This document shows positions 50,131-59,029 of a stretch of 61,218 nt of DNA, in pieces. Origin of the DNA: a virus (lineage: Duplodnaviria; Caudoviricetes); the IMG/VR virus record IMGVR_UViG_3300042934_000627, positions 1 to 61,218 of that record, one strand, 5' to 3'. The position numbers and the translations under genes were made by a program. Under the pieces are notes generated by a model. The model was not told the DNA's origin, searched no databases, and saw only the letters and a list, made by a program, of their open reading frames with translations. The first letter of the stretch is position 1, and the number at the start of each line of letters is the position of its first letter.

Positions 50131-50403
50131 TTAAAAGTTATTTAGTAAATCATCAAGCCCACCCGTCAGCTCATCGTCAGACTTTTCGATGCGAGCGAGC
50201 ATTGGCATCGGCGTTTGTTCATCATTAACCACCGTTCTACCACGTTGCCATCCGAAAAACCACGCTCTCAGAGCATCACGTAGCACATCGCTAATATCGG
50301 TACCTTCCGAAAGCTGTTCGATGGATCGACGCAAATCATCGTCCTTATTCGCACGGATCCGGCATTTAATTATCTCCGGACACTTACGCTTTTGTTCGCC
50401 CAT
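50131..50403 (-). CDS. ParR-like ribbon-helix-helix adaptor
   Basis: Downstream of ParM-like gene; RIR...DDDL...SDVLRDALR; acidic C-terminus LDDLLNNF. Confidence 0.65.
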   Translation of the reverse strand: MGEQKRKCPEIIKCRIRANKDDDLRRSIEQLSEGTDISDVLRDALRAWFFGWQRGRTVVNDEQTPMPMLARIEKSDDELTGGLDDLLNNF

Positions 50404-51362
50404 AGCCGTGCACCTATCTTTCCGTAGCCCCGCACGTTGCCAAATTGCGGGTTGTCAAGGACAACAACGTTTGGCAGATCGATATACTTCGCGACAAATG
50501 ACGCCGATCCACCGGTTAGCAAATAAGTTGCGTAATACGCCGATTGGCTCTCGATCTCTAATAGGATCTGCTGTGCGAGCGAACGAAAAGCACGGTCGAC
50601 TAACGGCTTAATATCGTACCCAGCGTATTCACCTGCGAGTACATATCGGTCTAATTCGAAACGTTCCGGTGCTCGACCTATTGATTCCATAAGGTATCCG
50701 TTGAGCAGATCATACGCGGTGTCTACGCCAAGATTACGCGGGCTACGACTATTTTTACCGATTTCCATCGCTTCGAGTTCGAGAAGATCAAGCGTGTAAT
50801 ATCCGATATCAATGACGAGCATCGGTTTCTTCGCAATATCGGGACGAGCAAGCGACCCATCGTCAGCCAATAGGTAATCCATTGCGCTGCCGAACGGCTG
50901 TGGCACGATCTTATGTTTCGCGATCAATGGGTTTGCGTGTATCGTTCCCTGTCCGACTACTTCGACGGAATAATGCCCGCTTTCGTTAATTGCGTCGAAT
51001 AAATGCACGAAACCGTTCTTTTGCGTTAAATAGTAGTCTACGGGCAGGCCAGTCACAACGTTTGACGCGCCATTCGGGGACAGTCGGGCAAGCAACGTTT
51101 TAAGCAGCACCGCCGTTGTCCACGTATCCGTCTTATCTTCACCGGTACTCGTATAGCGGATCTTACTTTGCCGTAGCGCGAGATCACCAACGAAAAAGTC
51201 GCCGTCATCGCCGTGATAAATCAAATCGCCAGGCTTACGTTGCTCATCCATTAATTGACGCGCGTCTCCAACCACTGATGGCTGAAAGAACGTTTTTCCT
51301 TCCGATAATCCTTTTGTCCATCCGTATCCTAAATCGCCTAATACGTTACTCATTTGAATCAC
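50370..51362 (-). CDS. ParM/StbA-family actin-like ATPase
   Basis: DLGYGWTK, VTGLP, PQP.G, IDIGY.T.D, LTGGSA, NVRG motifs. Confidence 0.9.
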   Translation of the reverse strand: MIQMSNVLGDLGYGWTKGLSEGKTFFQPSVVGDARQLMDEQRKPGDLIYHGDDGDFFVGDLALRQSKIRYTSTGEDKTDTWTTAVLLKTLLARLSPNGASNVVTGLPVDYYLTQKNGFVHLFDAINESGHYSVEVVGQGTIHANPLIAKHKIVPQPFGSAMDYLLADDGSLARPDIAKKPMLVIDIGYYTLDLLELEAMEIGKNSRSPRNLGVDTAYDLLNGYLMESIGRAPERFELDRYVLAGEYAGYDIKPLVDRAFRSLAQQILLEIESQSAYYATYLLTGGSASFVAKYIDLPNVVVLDNPQFGNVRGYGKIGARLWANKSVSVRR

Positions 51363-51367
51363 TCCTG

Positions 51368-51979
51368 TTATTTTGTGGCACGTTGTGCCACGTTTTTTAT
51401 AAAATCACGCACATCATCGCTTTGATACGCATTGACGTTCGCATATCGTCGTTTTCCGATAATCCATATGTGGGGAAATATCGGCTTACCATTCGGCTGC
51501 CAATCGAGATTACGCCATGAACCCAATTGTCTATATCGTTCATATCGCGCTAACTTATGTCGCATTACGGTATCCGTGTAATTACTACGCTGTACCTCAA
51601 TAAACCACGGCGACCGGTTCCATACCGCGAATATATCCGGCTCAACCGTACCTTTCGCGCCATACTTCGGCTCAACGTTGAATTGCTGCAAATTGCCGTA
51701 TGCTCGTAAATCGCGATACACACGCAGTATGCCGAGAAAGTGATTGATCTTCTGACTGCCTTCGCGAATATGGGCATCCTTCGGCATATATACGTAGGGA
51801 TTACGAGTGGTATCGACCTTTACAGAACCTTTCGCGCGCAATCGTCGCATCACACGATTAACTTCCACGGTCGCGTACCGTATACCTACGAAGTGTAATG
51901 CAGCAATATCATCGCGACTCATGCAACGGAAACGGTCGAGGTCGGCAAGGATACGTTTATCACGATCAATCAAGCTCAT
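51368..51979 (-). CDS. Replication-relaxation (Replic_Relax) family protein
   Basis: RD..IL.DL.RFRCMSRD.I, HFL.I, EP......PD, FIEVQ. Confidence 0.8.
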   Translation of the reverse strand: MSLIDRDKRILADLDRFRCMSRDDIAALHFVGIRYATVEVNRVMRRLRAKGSVKVDTTRNPYVYMPKDAHIREGSQKINHFLGILRVYRDLRAYGNLQQFNVEPKYGAKGTVEPDIFAVWNRSPWFIEVQRSNYTDTVMRHKLARYERYRQLGSWRNLDWQPNGKPIFPHIWIIGKRRYANVNAYQSDDVRDFIKNVAQRATK

Positions 51980-53123
51980 TCCCTCCTTTTTCATCAAGCG
52001 TACCGAAAGGGCTAGGTGGATTATTGATTGCTTTCGGTTGCTTTACGCTCGGTTCGCGATAATAAGGCGTAAGTAACTTTATCGCCGCGTCATCGGTCAA
52101 TAATGGTGCTTGCACGAGTTCAGGTCGTTTTATTTTAAGCAGCATGCGGCCGGTAACATCGAGATTTTCTGCACCTTTCGCGCCTAATGTGATCTTCGAA
52201 TTGATTGCGTCTGCGTGCTCGAATGCCATACGAACCGTTAGATTTGCTTTCAACTTTCCGTCAAGAACGTCTGCATCCGGTCGTTGCATCGATAAGATCA
52301 AATACACGCCCAACGCACGGCCAAGTGCTGATATATCTTCGAGTAGCTCCATGGATTCTTTGTCACCGTGCAGCATCGCAACTTCATCGATACATACGAT
52401 AATACCCGGTGGTCGCTTTCCTGGCGGTAGATCAGCAATGTTTACTTTGCCGCATTGATCAAGTAGGTTGCCGCGTTTCGTTAACTCACGTCGTACATCG
52501 GATAGTGCTAGCGCAAGCGCGTCATTATCGTTGCATAACGCATCTACGTGGGCAATATTGCGAAATAAACCGAACTCGCTACGTTTCATATCGGCAAGCA
52601 CAAACCGTAGCATATGCGGTGATTTAAGCCGTATTAGTGTCGTTAGAATAGCACGTAATTGCGTTGATTTACCGCTGCCCGTTTCGCCCGCGATAAGCAG
52701 GTGGGGATGCACGAACATATCGTATGCGAACAACTTACCGTCCGCGCGAACACCGGTAATAATAGGTAACGACAACCCACCGCAAGCTACGCTAACCTCC
52801 GGCCACCTGTATATTAATTTATTTGGCATTTGACGCTCATACACGTGAATAACGAACTTTTTCGGCCCGCCGTGTACCACTGTATTCGTGCCAAACGTTT
52901 GCTGAAACGCATATTCGCGCTTTTCAACGAGTTTCGGATCCACGCCGTTTGGCAACGTAAAAGTCATTGCGGTATAGCCGTCTTTACGTTCGATCGCGTG
53001 AATAATCGGCAGCACTTCGTAGCCACGACGCGTTTTAAAGATGCCGGCTGATCGAAAGCAATCGTTCAATTTACGATACATCGGATTAAATCGTAGCAAC
53101 ATCGTGATCACCACAGCTTCCAT
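51966..53123 (-). CDS. FtsK/SpoIIIE-family DNA translocase
   Basis: PHLLIAGETGSGKS, D.KR.E, IDEVA, GRALG...ILSMQRP. Confidence 0.9.
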   Translation of the reverse strand: MEAVVITMLLRFNPMYRKLNDCFRSAGIFKTRRGYEVLPIIHAIERKDGYTAMTFTLPNGVDPKLVEKREYAFQQTFGTNTVVHGGPKKFVIHVYERQMPNKLIYRWPEVSVACGGLSLPIITGVRADGKLFAYDMFVHPHLLIAGETGSGKSTQLRAILTTLIRLKSPHMLRFVLADMKRSEFGLFRNIAHVDALCNDNDALALALSDVRRELTKRGNLLDQCGKVNIADLPPGKRPPGIIVCIDEVAMLHGDKESMELLEDISALGRALGVYLILSMQRPDADVLDGKLKANLTVRMAFEHADAINSKITLGAKGAENLDVTGRMLLKIKRPELVQAPLLTDDAAIKLLTPYYREPSVKQPKAINNPPSPFGTLDEKGGNELD

Positions 53124-53422
53124 ATCGGATTCGCGACAATGAGGTAAACGATGCCGCCGATCGCAACAGATGATAAAATGACTTTAGCAATAATCGGTAC
53201 ATAATCCGCTAATGCATCGTCTTTCTTCGCATAGTATCGTTCAAGTTTAGCCATAATAATAGCGAAGGCACCGGCAGTAACGATAATACTGAAACCAGTC
53301 ACCATCATCGGGCTCAAATGAACGAGTGAGCCTAACGTAACTGGTGCGAGAGAATATGTGGTTACATGCTGCTGCTTAAATACATCGCGCCAATCTAATA
53401 AATAACATTCCATTCCGGTCAT
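53108..53422 (-). CDS. Small two-TM membrane protein, first gene of FtsK operon
   Basis: Two hydrophobic segments; overlaps ftsK start; SD gggaagga. Confidence 0.65.
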   Translation of the reverse strand: MTGMECYLLDWRDVFKQQHVTTYSLAPVTLGSLVHLSPMMVTGFSIIVTAGAFAIIMAKLERYYAKKDDALADYVPIIAKVILSSVAIGGIVYLIVANPIWKLW

Positions 53423-53608
53423 CCTTCCCTCTTTACAAAATATAAAAATCGCTATGCAATAGGGTCGAACAAGCCGAAAAATGACTTATGGGTAAGTTGT
53501 CTACTAAGTTATTCGCGAATAGAGTATAATTGTTATGTTGACGAGTCATTTCGTCGGCACATGGGCAATCCGTAATCTCTTCGCAGGGGATCGGGTTGCC
53601 ATTAATTT

Positions 53609-53791
53609 TTACTTCGTTTTGTCCAACGTGTAGACGGTTTTCTTCTTTAATGCGTACTTTCCACCAGCATAATCCTGCATAAAAGCTTCGAGCACATCAT
53701 TCATAGTCGCGCCAGTATCTTTACAATATGCCTTAAACGACGCTTGAATATCCTCATCAATGGTTGTTGTAAATGGTTTTCGCTCGCTCAT
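53609..53791 (-). CDS. Ribbon-helix-helix regulator
   Basis: FTTTIDEDI...FK.YC...G.TMNDVLEAFM; promoter TTGACA-N17-TATTAT overlapped by three AAACAT repeats (53816-53845). Confidence 0.75.
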   Translation of the reverse strand: MSERKPFTTTIDEDIQASFKAYCKDTGATMNDVLEAFMQDYAGGKYALKKKTVYTLDKTK

Positions 53792-53992
53792 CGCTTCACC
53801 TCCTACTTATTTCGTAAACATATAATAAAACATATTTATAAACATGTCAATATAAATATGCGATAATGACGAAACTTTAACGAAGTAACAACGCATGATA
53901 TACTATAAATAGGCGAAATGAATAATTATACGCCTTATAATAATCAATGTCAACGAAAATAAACGCAATAGTTACGATAGGGAGCGATTAAA

Positions 53993-54505
53993 ATGGAGAT
54001 GAACGCGGAACAGTTGGAGTATTACCGCAACGAGTTCGCCGAATGGGTAAACGGTTTCGCCCGTAATGTTCGCGCTGGCACGCCACCTTATAACGACCGA
54101 ACAGCACGCGCGCAGGCGATTGAGCAACGTATTGATGAATACGTATGTGCCACCGGTGAACGGCCGGACAGCGGCGAACTGGAACGATTGAGCAACGCAA
54201 TATTGTACGAAGAATTATCGGACAAGCGCCGTAACAAAATGAGCATCGAAGAGTATCCGTTCATGAGCGATCAACAGCTGGAACGTCGCAAATACGGTAG
54301 CCATACGCGCAAGCACAGCAGTAGAAAACATGAGGTGCCGCTATCGGTCGCTGCATTCGTTGGCATCGATGGTGTTGATTATCGCGATGCACGGATTGCC
54401 GTTGGCGAACGAAAAGCTACGAATAACGAACGGAAGAAACAGTACCGCGAATTTACGAAGGAACAGCCGGTGAGTACGTACACTGTCGAGGAGGAATCGA
54501 AATGA
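53993..54505 (+). CDS. Hypothetical phage protein
   Basis: LERL...ILYEELSD....KM..EEYPFMS..QL.RR motif. Confidence 0.65.
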   Translation: MEMNAEQLEYYRNEFAEWVNGFARNVRAGTPPYNDRTARAQAIEQRIDEYVCATGERPDSGELERLSNAILYEELSDKRRNKMSIEEYPFMSDQQLERRKYGSHTRKHSSRKHEVPLSVAAFVGIDGVDYRDARIAVGERKATNNERKKQYREFTKEQPVSTYTVEEESK

Positions 54506-54855
54506 GCGAATTAACGGTAAAAATTAACGTAGATGCTGACGACGCGATCGAAAAGATTGCGCAGGTTAAACGGGCATTACGTGAAATGAACGAAACTGCA
54601 GTTAAGGTCGGGGTTGTGACGAAGAAAACATCCGATATAGCATCGAAGTCAATCGAACAATTCCAGCGCGACTCATATCTACATGATGTGACAACCCGAG
54701 ATTTAATTAATGAACTGGTTAAGCGGACGGGGGTATACAGCTATGAAGTTGACCCGTATAAGCGATATACCGTAAAGACGCAAGGCAAGGGACCAGTACA
54801 AAAAATAGCGACCGCAGAAACTGGACCTGCATTAATACTGGTGGTGACCGACTGA
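54502..54855 (+). CDS. Hypothetical phage protein
   Basis: T..L..EL.KR.GV...GPA.ILVV.D C-terminal motif. Confidence 0.6.
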   Translation: MSELTVKINVDADDAIEKIAQVKRALREMNETAVKVGVVTKKTSDIASKSIEQFQRDSYLHDVTTRDLINELVKRTGVYSYEVDPYKRYTVKTQGKGPVQKIATAETGPALILVVTD

Positions 54856-55163
54856 TGGCGAAATATCGTAAGAAACCAGTTGAAGTCGAAGCTAGACTAT
54901 ATGTTCCAGGTTTGGAAGACGGCTACGCTTGCTACGAGCTGTCCGGTAAGTTTGTTGGTTACTTTGATAAAAACGGGTCACTTCCGAAATGTAAACGAGT
55001 ACCTGCGATTAAAACACTCGAAGGATTTCATGAGATCAGCGATGGCGACTGGATCATCACAGGAATAAAAGGTGAACGGTATCCATGCAAACCGGATATT
55101 TTCGCAGAAACGTACGAACCGGTGACTGTTCCACAAGCCAGCGAGTGGGTGACCGAGGATTGA
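54855..55163 (+). CDS. Conserved phage protein (KYRKKPV.VEA...TLEG...GDWII.G..GE.YPCKPDIF..TYE family)
   Basis: Recognisable motif. Confidence 0.75.
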   Translation: MAKYRKKPVEVEARLYVPGLEDGYACYELSGKFVGYFDKNGSLPKCKRVPAIKTLEGFHEISDGDWIITGIKGERYPCKPDIFAETYEPVTVPQASEWVTED

Positions 55164-55340
55164 ATACACAACGTGGAGTATTGAAAGCCGTATTATCACC
55201 GTTCAGATTCGTGTTAGTGCTAATAATATGCCACCGGAAACAAACGTATAAGTACCTTCGCCGTGATTTATCGTTTGATAGAACGAAACATTTTTACCAT
55301 TGGCAATGGAAGATTCTCGATGATATTTATGGGTACAAGC

Positions 55341-55376
55341 TGCGCGATTAGGCGTTGGGGAACGTATTATATAGTG
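55341..55376 (+). promoter_or_regulatory. Phage-specific promoter motif copy 6
   Basis: TGCGcgattaggcgttggggaaCGTATTATATAGTG. Confidence 0.75.
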
Positions 55377-55383
55377 TAATGCC

Positions 55384-55525
55384 GATGTGGTGGCGGAAAA
55401 GGTAGACGCTTAGATAAACATAAGACACATACTGTGATATAGACATTGCGAACTATTTAATAGCTGATTTAGCTAACGGTTGTTATAAATTGTGTCATGT
55501 GAGGTGCAAATCCTCACCCACATCT
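55384..55525 (+). ncRNA. tRNA-like RNA with expanded central domain
   Basis: Acceptor GATGTGG/CCACATC, D-arm GCGGAAAAGGTAGACGC, T-arm GTGAGG-TGCAAAT-CCTCAC, inner stem GACACA/TGTGTC; no canonical anticodon arm. Confidence 0.75.
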
Positions 55526-55570
55526 TACGGGTGTAATTACACTCAGTAAATGTAAAAGGGGACTTGCTAA

Positions 55571-55858
55571 ATGAAACAATCACAAAAAGAAAATCTATTT
55601 TTACGTGAGGTGGATGTAGTTCCGAGCTATCACGGTGAACTTCCACGATTAAAACAAACGGACAACGGTAAATTCGTAATGGAGTTTGAACAAAAACCAG
55701 CGCTTGTTTTCGTGAGCATGGATGGACACGGATCGTACGATACCATATTTGCCAATGGTAAAGAACTACTGAGTGTTCGTAAATATCAGATCACGTCCGA
55801 GGCTGGTAAATTAACGACACTATCTACGGAAAAGGAAGTTTGTATCGTAGAGAATTAA
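55571..55858 (+). CDS. Hypothetical protein
   Basis: SD aagggga. Confidence 0.55.
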   Translation: MKQSQKENLFLREVDVVPSYHGELPRLKQTDNGKFVMEFEQKPALVFVSMDGHGSYDTIFANGKELLSVRKYQITSEAGKLTTLSTEKEVCIVEN

Positions 55859-56206
55859 CACATAACGTAAGACCGGCGCTTCGGCGTCGTACATAGCCGC
55901 GAATGAGACGCGGTGAATAACAAATAGTGGGGGTGATTAACTTGCATTTCAATAATCGGGTGTATCTACATGGAACAAGATTCGATAGTATCAATTTTAA
56001 ATTTCGCGACAGACTCCACATGATCGCAGCCGGATGGTCGTTAAGGAAAGGGGATTGGTGGTATCGGGGTAATCCGAGTAACAGAAAGTTTTTCAACATA
56101 GAAAAGTATATTGATGATGATACAAAAAGCTACGGAATCTATATCGGAAGACTCGGCATTGTTTATATGGCCACAAGATAAATTAACGAGAGGGGACGAC
56201 ATATAG

Positions 56207-56725
56207 ATGGAAACAGTGCAAGTTATGGGCGGTAGCTTAGACTCATTGCTTCAACATATTGGGATTAGGGCAAGCAAGCTTGTTGAAACAAAAGACGGTT
56301 GGTATCAGGTGTGGGAGTTGTCAAGCAACGATTTTAGTAGGCTTGAAGATTTTTCGAACAGGGTCGATGAAAACGCATGGAAACGAAGCAATTTCGGTTG
56401 GTGGCGCATAGCAGAATCCTGCTTTACGGGCAACGAAACAATCACCTATAAAGTTAACGGCCATGAAATGCTTGGGTATATACGTGATTTTAGATATGAC
56501 TTTGATGGCGCGAACGATGATGATTCGGTTAGTAACGAGGTAATCGTTGAGATCGATCAGTCGATTAATTACGCAACATTTATTGAATGGCTATCGGAAA
56601 TAATGAATCTAAGCAACGAAACAAATACGGTTGCTGTTGCTACGAGTCTCGCAAAAGAAAATGGCTTAACACTAGCGGAATTCATCGCTAGGTATCAGGG
56701 TAAAAGAGAGGAAGTCAGCAGATAA
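56207..56725 (+). CDS. Hypothetical protein
   Basis: SD gagggg. Confidence 0.6.
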   Translation: METVQVMGGSLDSLLQHIGIRASKLVETKDGWYQVWELSSNDFSRLEDFSNRVDENAWKRSNFGWWRIAESCFTGNETITYKVNGHEMLGYIRDFRYDFDGANDDDSVSNEVIVEIDQSINYATFIEWLSEIMNLSNETNTVAVATSLAKENGLTLAEFIARYQGKREEVSR

Positions 56726-56974
56726 ATGATACGTATTGAACGTAAAGTGCAACGGTGTGATTTTTGTGGACGCATAATGGAAGTTGATGGTCGAGCATAT
56801 GCATCAAATCCGTTTTGCAACGAATGTTATCCGGAACGTCTCGAAGCATCTAGTGCCATTGATCTGCGCGAGAATAGCAAAATAGTTGATATAGGCAACG
56901 GTTATGTACGTATCGATCCGATTGACCCATCGAAAAAGATTACTGCTAAGCAGTGGCGAGGTGATCACGAATGA
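56726..56974 (+). CDS. Small Zn-finger protein
   Basis: CDFC...CNEC. Confidence 0.55.
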   Translation: MIRIERKVQRCDFCGRIMEVDGRAYASNPFCNECYPERLEASSAIDLRENSKIVDIGNGYVRIDPIDPSKKITAKQWRGDHE

Positions 56975-57167
56975 CCAGTAATTACTTTTTCTGCTATTCG
57001 TTAGATCTACGAACATTCTTAAAGTCTCGTGGATTTACGTATATCTGTACGGGGCTGCATCCGAAAACACGACGGCAATTTTGGCTTTTCGAACGTAGCC
57101 AAACGCTAAATGACGAAGTTGACGAATTCTATTCGCTTATTAACGGCTGATTGCCGTAAAGGAGACT

Positions 57168-57677
57168 ATGTTGATTATGGAAAAAAGACCGGAACCAAAC
57201 GATAAGCAGGCGCTACTTGATGCGACTGGATACGAAATATATAACCGTGAGTTAGTACGAAAAGTATTCCCGCGAATCATACGAGAAGCACACGAGCATT
57301 CGAAAGGAAGAACGGCGGCTTTCCGCGATGTAATTGCGTTTTACTTCCTGCTGCAATCATATATTGACGGAACGTACTGGCGAGAAGATGGATCGATCAG
57401 CGACCGTTTTGGCGCATGCTTCTTGAGCTACGAGTTTATTATGTCGTACATGCATATCAACCGTACACGGCTACGTATGCTAGCGAGGGTGCTCGAAGCT
57501 AACGGCATTATACGAACAGTAAGCCACTATGAAGGAACGAAGCGATTCGTGTGGTACTTTCCATCATTTTGTCCGCGGATCACCGATGATGGGTACATTG
57601 TTAACGAGTTTGGTGAGAAGATTCAGCCCGAATTTGACGACTACTTTCCAGCTAAAAATCCCTTAGTATCTAAATAG
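57168..57677 (+). CDS. Replication-initiator-like winged-helix protein (module B)
   Basis: FY.LLQSY, CFLSYE.I...M.INRTRL..L..VLEANGII wHTH; followed by repeats. Confidence 0.55.
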   Translation: MLIMEKRPEPNDKQALLDATGYEIYNRELVRKVFPRIIREAHEHSKGRTAAFRDVIAFYFLLQSYIDGTYWREDGSISDRFGACFLSYEFIMSYMHINRTRLRMLARVLEANGIIRTVSHYEGTKRFVWYFPSFCPRITDDGYIVNEFGEKIQPEFDDYFPAKNPLVSK

Positions 57678-57900
57678 GTACGATGGGTAGTACCTAAATA
57701 GGTATCAACGATAGTATCTATATAGGTACGGTAAAGATAGCAACGTGTAAGATAGCAATTGTAATATAGCAACAAATACATTGCAGGCATTCACTTACGT
57801 TCATACCTGCTGTGTCGTATATCCTTGTTCGCGTATATCTTTAAATCTTGTCAAAGACAAGAAAGAAAAGAAAAAGTTTCGCTAAAAAGAAAAGAAAGAA
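57664..57900. repeat. Origin-like element B: 3 TAGTA(T/C)CTA(A/T)ATAGGTA repeats, 3 A(G/T)ATAGCAA repeats, conserved core
   Basis: 24-bp period repeats at 57664/57688/57712; short repeats ~57734-57772; core shared with 24831-24956. Confidence 0.8.
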
Positions 57901-58114
57901 AGCTGCCGCTCGTTTCGCCCGCGTAGCCGAACGAAATCACCGCGCCATCCAATCGTACCATACGATGCATAACGTTGCTCACACCGTCTGCTACGCGCTC
58001 ATATGACACCGTACATTGTCACGTGCGATCACAGATATTATATGTAGGCTTACGATTCATCCGCGGGCGTCACGTGTCAGCACAAAGGTCCGGCCGGACG
58101 ATGTCGGTTGAAAC

Positions 58115-58669
58115 TCAGGGGGTTGTTCCACGTTTTGCGCGGGCAAGCGTGCTCTTGCTGATTCCGGTCATCTCTGCTACCTGCGTATATGAGTGATTGC
58201 CCAGCAACGACAGTGCGTGCGCTATCTGCTGCTTACCGTATTTCTTCGGTCGACCTTCGCGGAAGTCATTACGCTGCTTTGCGATCTCTTTACCTTCCTG
58301 CGTGCGTGTTACGATTAGATCGCGTTCGAACTCAGCAAATGCGCTGAATATCGTGAACGTCAGTCGTCCGGTCGGTGTATCTTCGATTGTGCCGAGGTTC
58401 AGTACATTGACGCGTACGCCACATTTGAACAACGGTTTGATGATCGCTAACGCATCGGATGTGCTACGTGCGAATCGGTCTAATTTCGTAACAGTTAGCG
58501 TATCGCCCGCCTTTAATTCCGCAAGTAACCGTTGGAACTCTGGACGTGCGGACTTAGTACCCGTAAACTTTTCGGAATAAATTCGTTCGCAACCTGCACT
58601 CTTTAATTGTGCCATCTGCGCGTCGAGGTGCTGTGCCTTCGTACTTACTCGTGCGTATCCGTAGATCAT
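58115..58669 (-). CDS. Small serine recombinase (resolvase/invertase)
   Basis: [32 protein letters not shown]-terminal HTH. Confidence 0.95.
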   Translation of the reverse strand: MIYGYARVSTKAQHLDAQMAQLKSAGCERIYSEKFTGTKSARPEFQRLLAELKAGDTLTVTKLDRFARSTSDALAIIKPLFKCGVRVNVLNLGTIEDTPTGRLTFTIFSAFAEFERDLIVTRTQEGKEIAKQRNDFREGRPKKYGKQQIAHALSLLGNHSYTQVAEMTGISKSTLARAKRGTTP

Positions 58670-59029
58670 CGTGATCATCCTTTCATATATGACAATAAGA
58701 TATGGCAATGCCTTATGCCTTGATACTACTGCATCACGATATCGTTGTCAATACTTTTAAGTTATGAACATGACATGAGTATGTTTATATCGAATGAAAT
58801 CGAAAGATAACGCCGCGACCCCCAAGGCACCCGAAATTTTCCGGCTGACTGACGAATTAAACTGCCGCACAATTTTTCGGAACCGAGGCGTATTCGTCGC
58901 GATACTCATACGAAGCCATACGAGCCCCGTACGTCAATTTCACACGTGTATCCTTACGAATACACTCGAATAGTATAAACATCGCTCTACGGCTTTCCTA
59001 CGAAGCCACATCGTGTATTAAACGAAAGG

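Noticed and set aside
53430-53500. Sporulation sigma (E/K) promoter for the FtsK operon
   Set aside because: GTCATT and CATAGCGAT elements are present on the minus strand but the spacing does not fit consensus; cannot support by eye
53859-53890. Seventh copy of the phage promoter (TGCG-N18-CGAAG)
   Set aside because: Spacing fits but the -10 part lacks CGTAT/TATAG
57664-57772. CRISPR array
   Set aside because: Only three short repeats with ~7-nt gaps, no spacer-length sequences and no cas operon; iteron-like instead
58115-58669. Tail-fibre DNA invertase (shufflon)
   Set aside because: Far from the fibre gene; no inverted alternative fibre cassette or flanking inverted crossover sites seen
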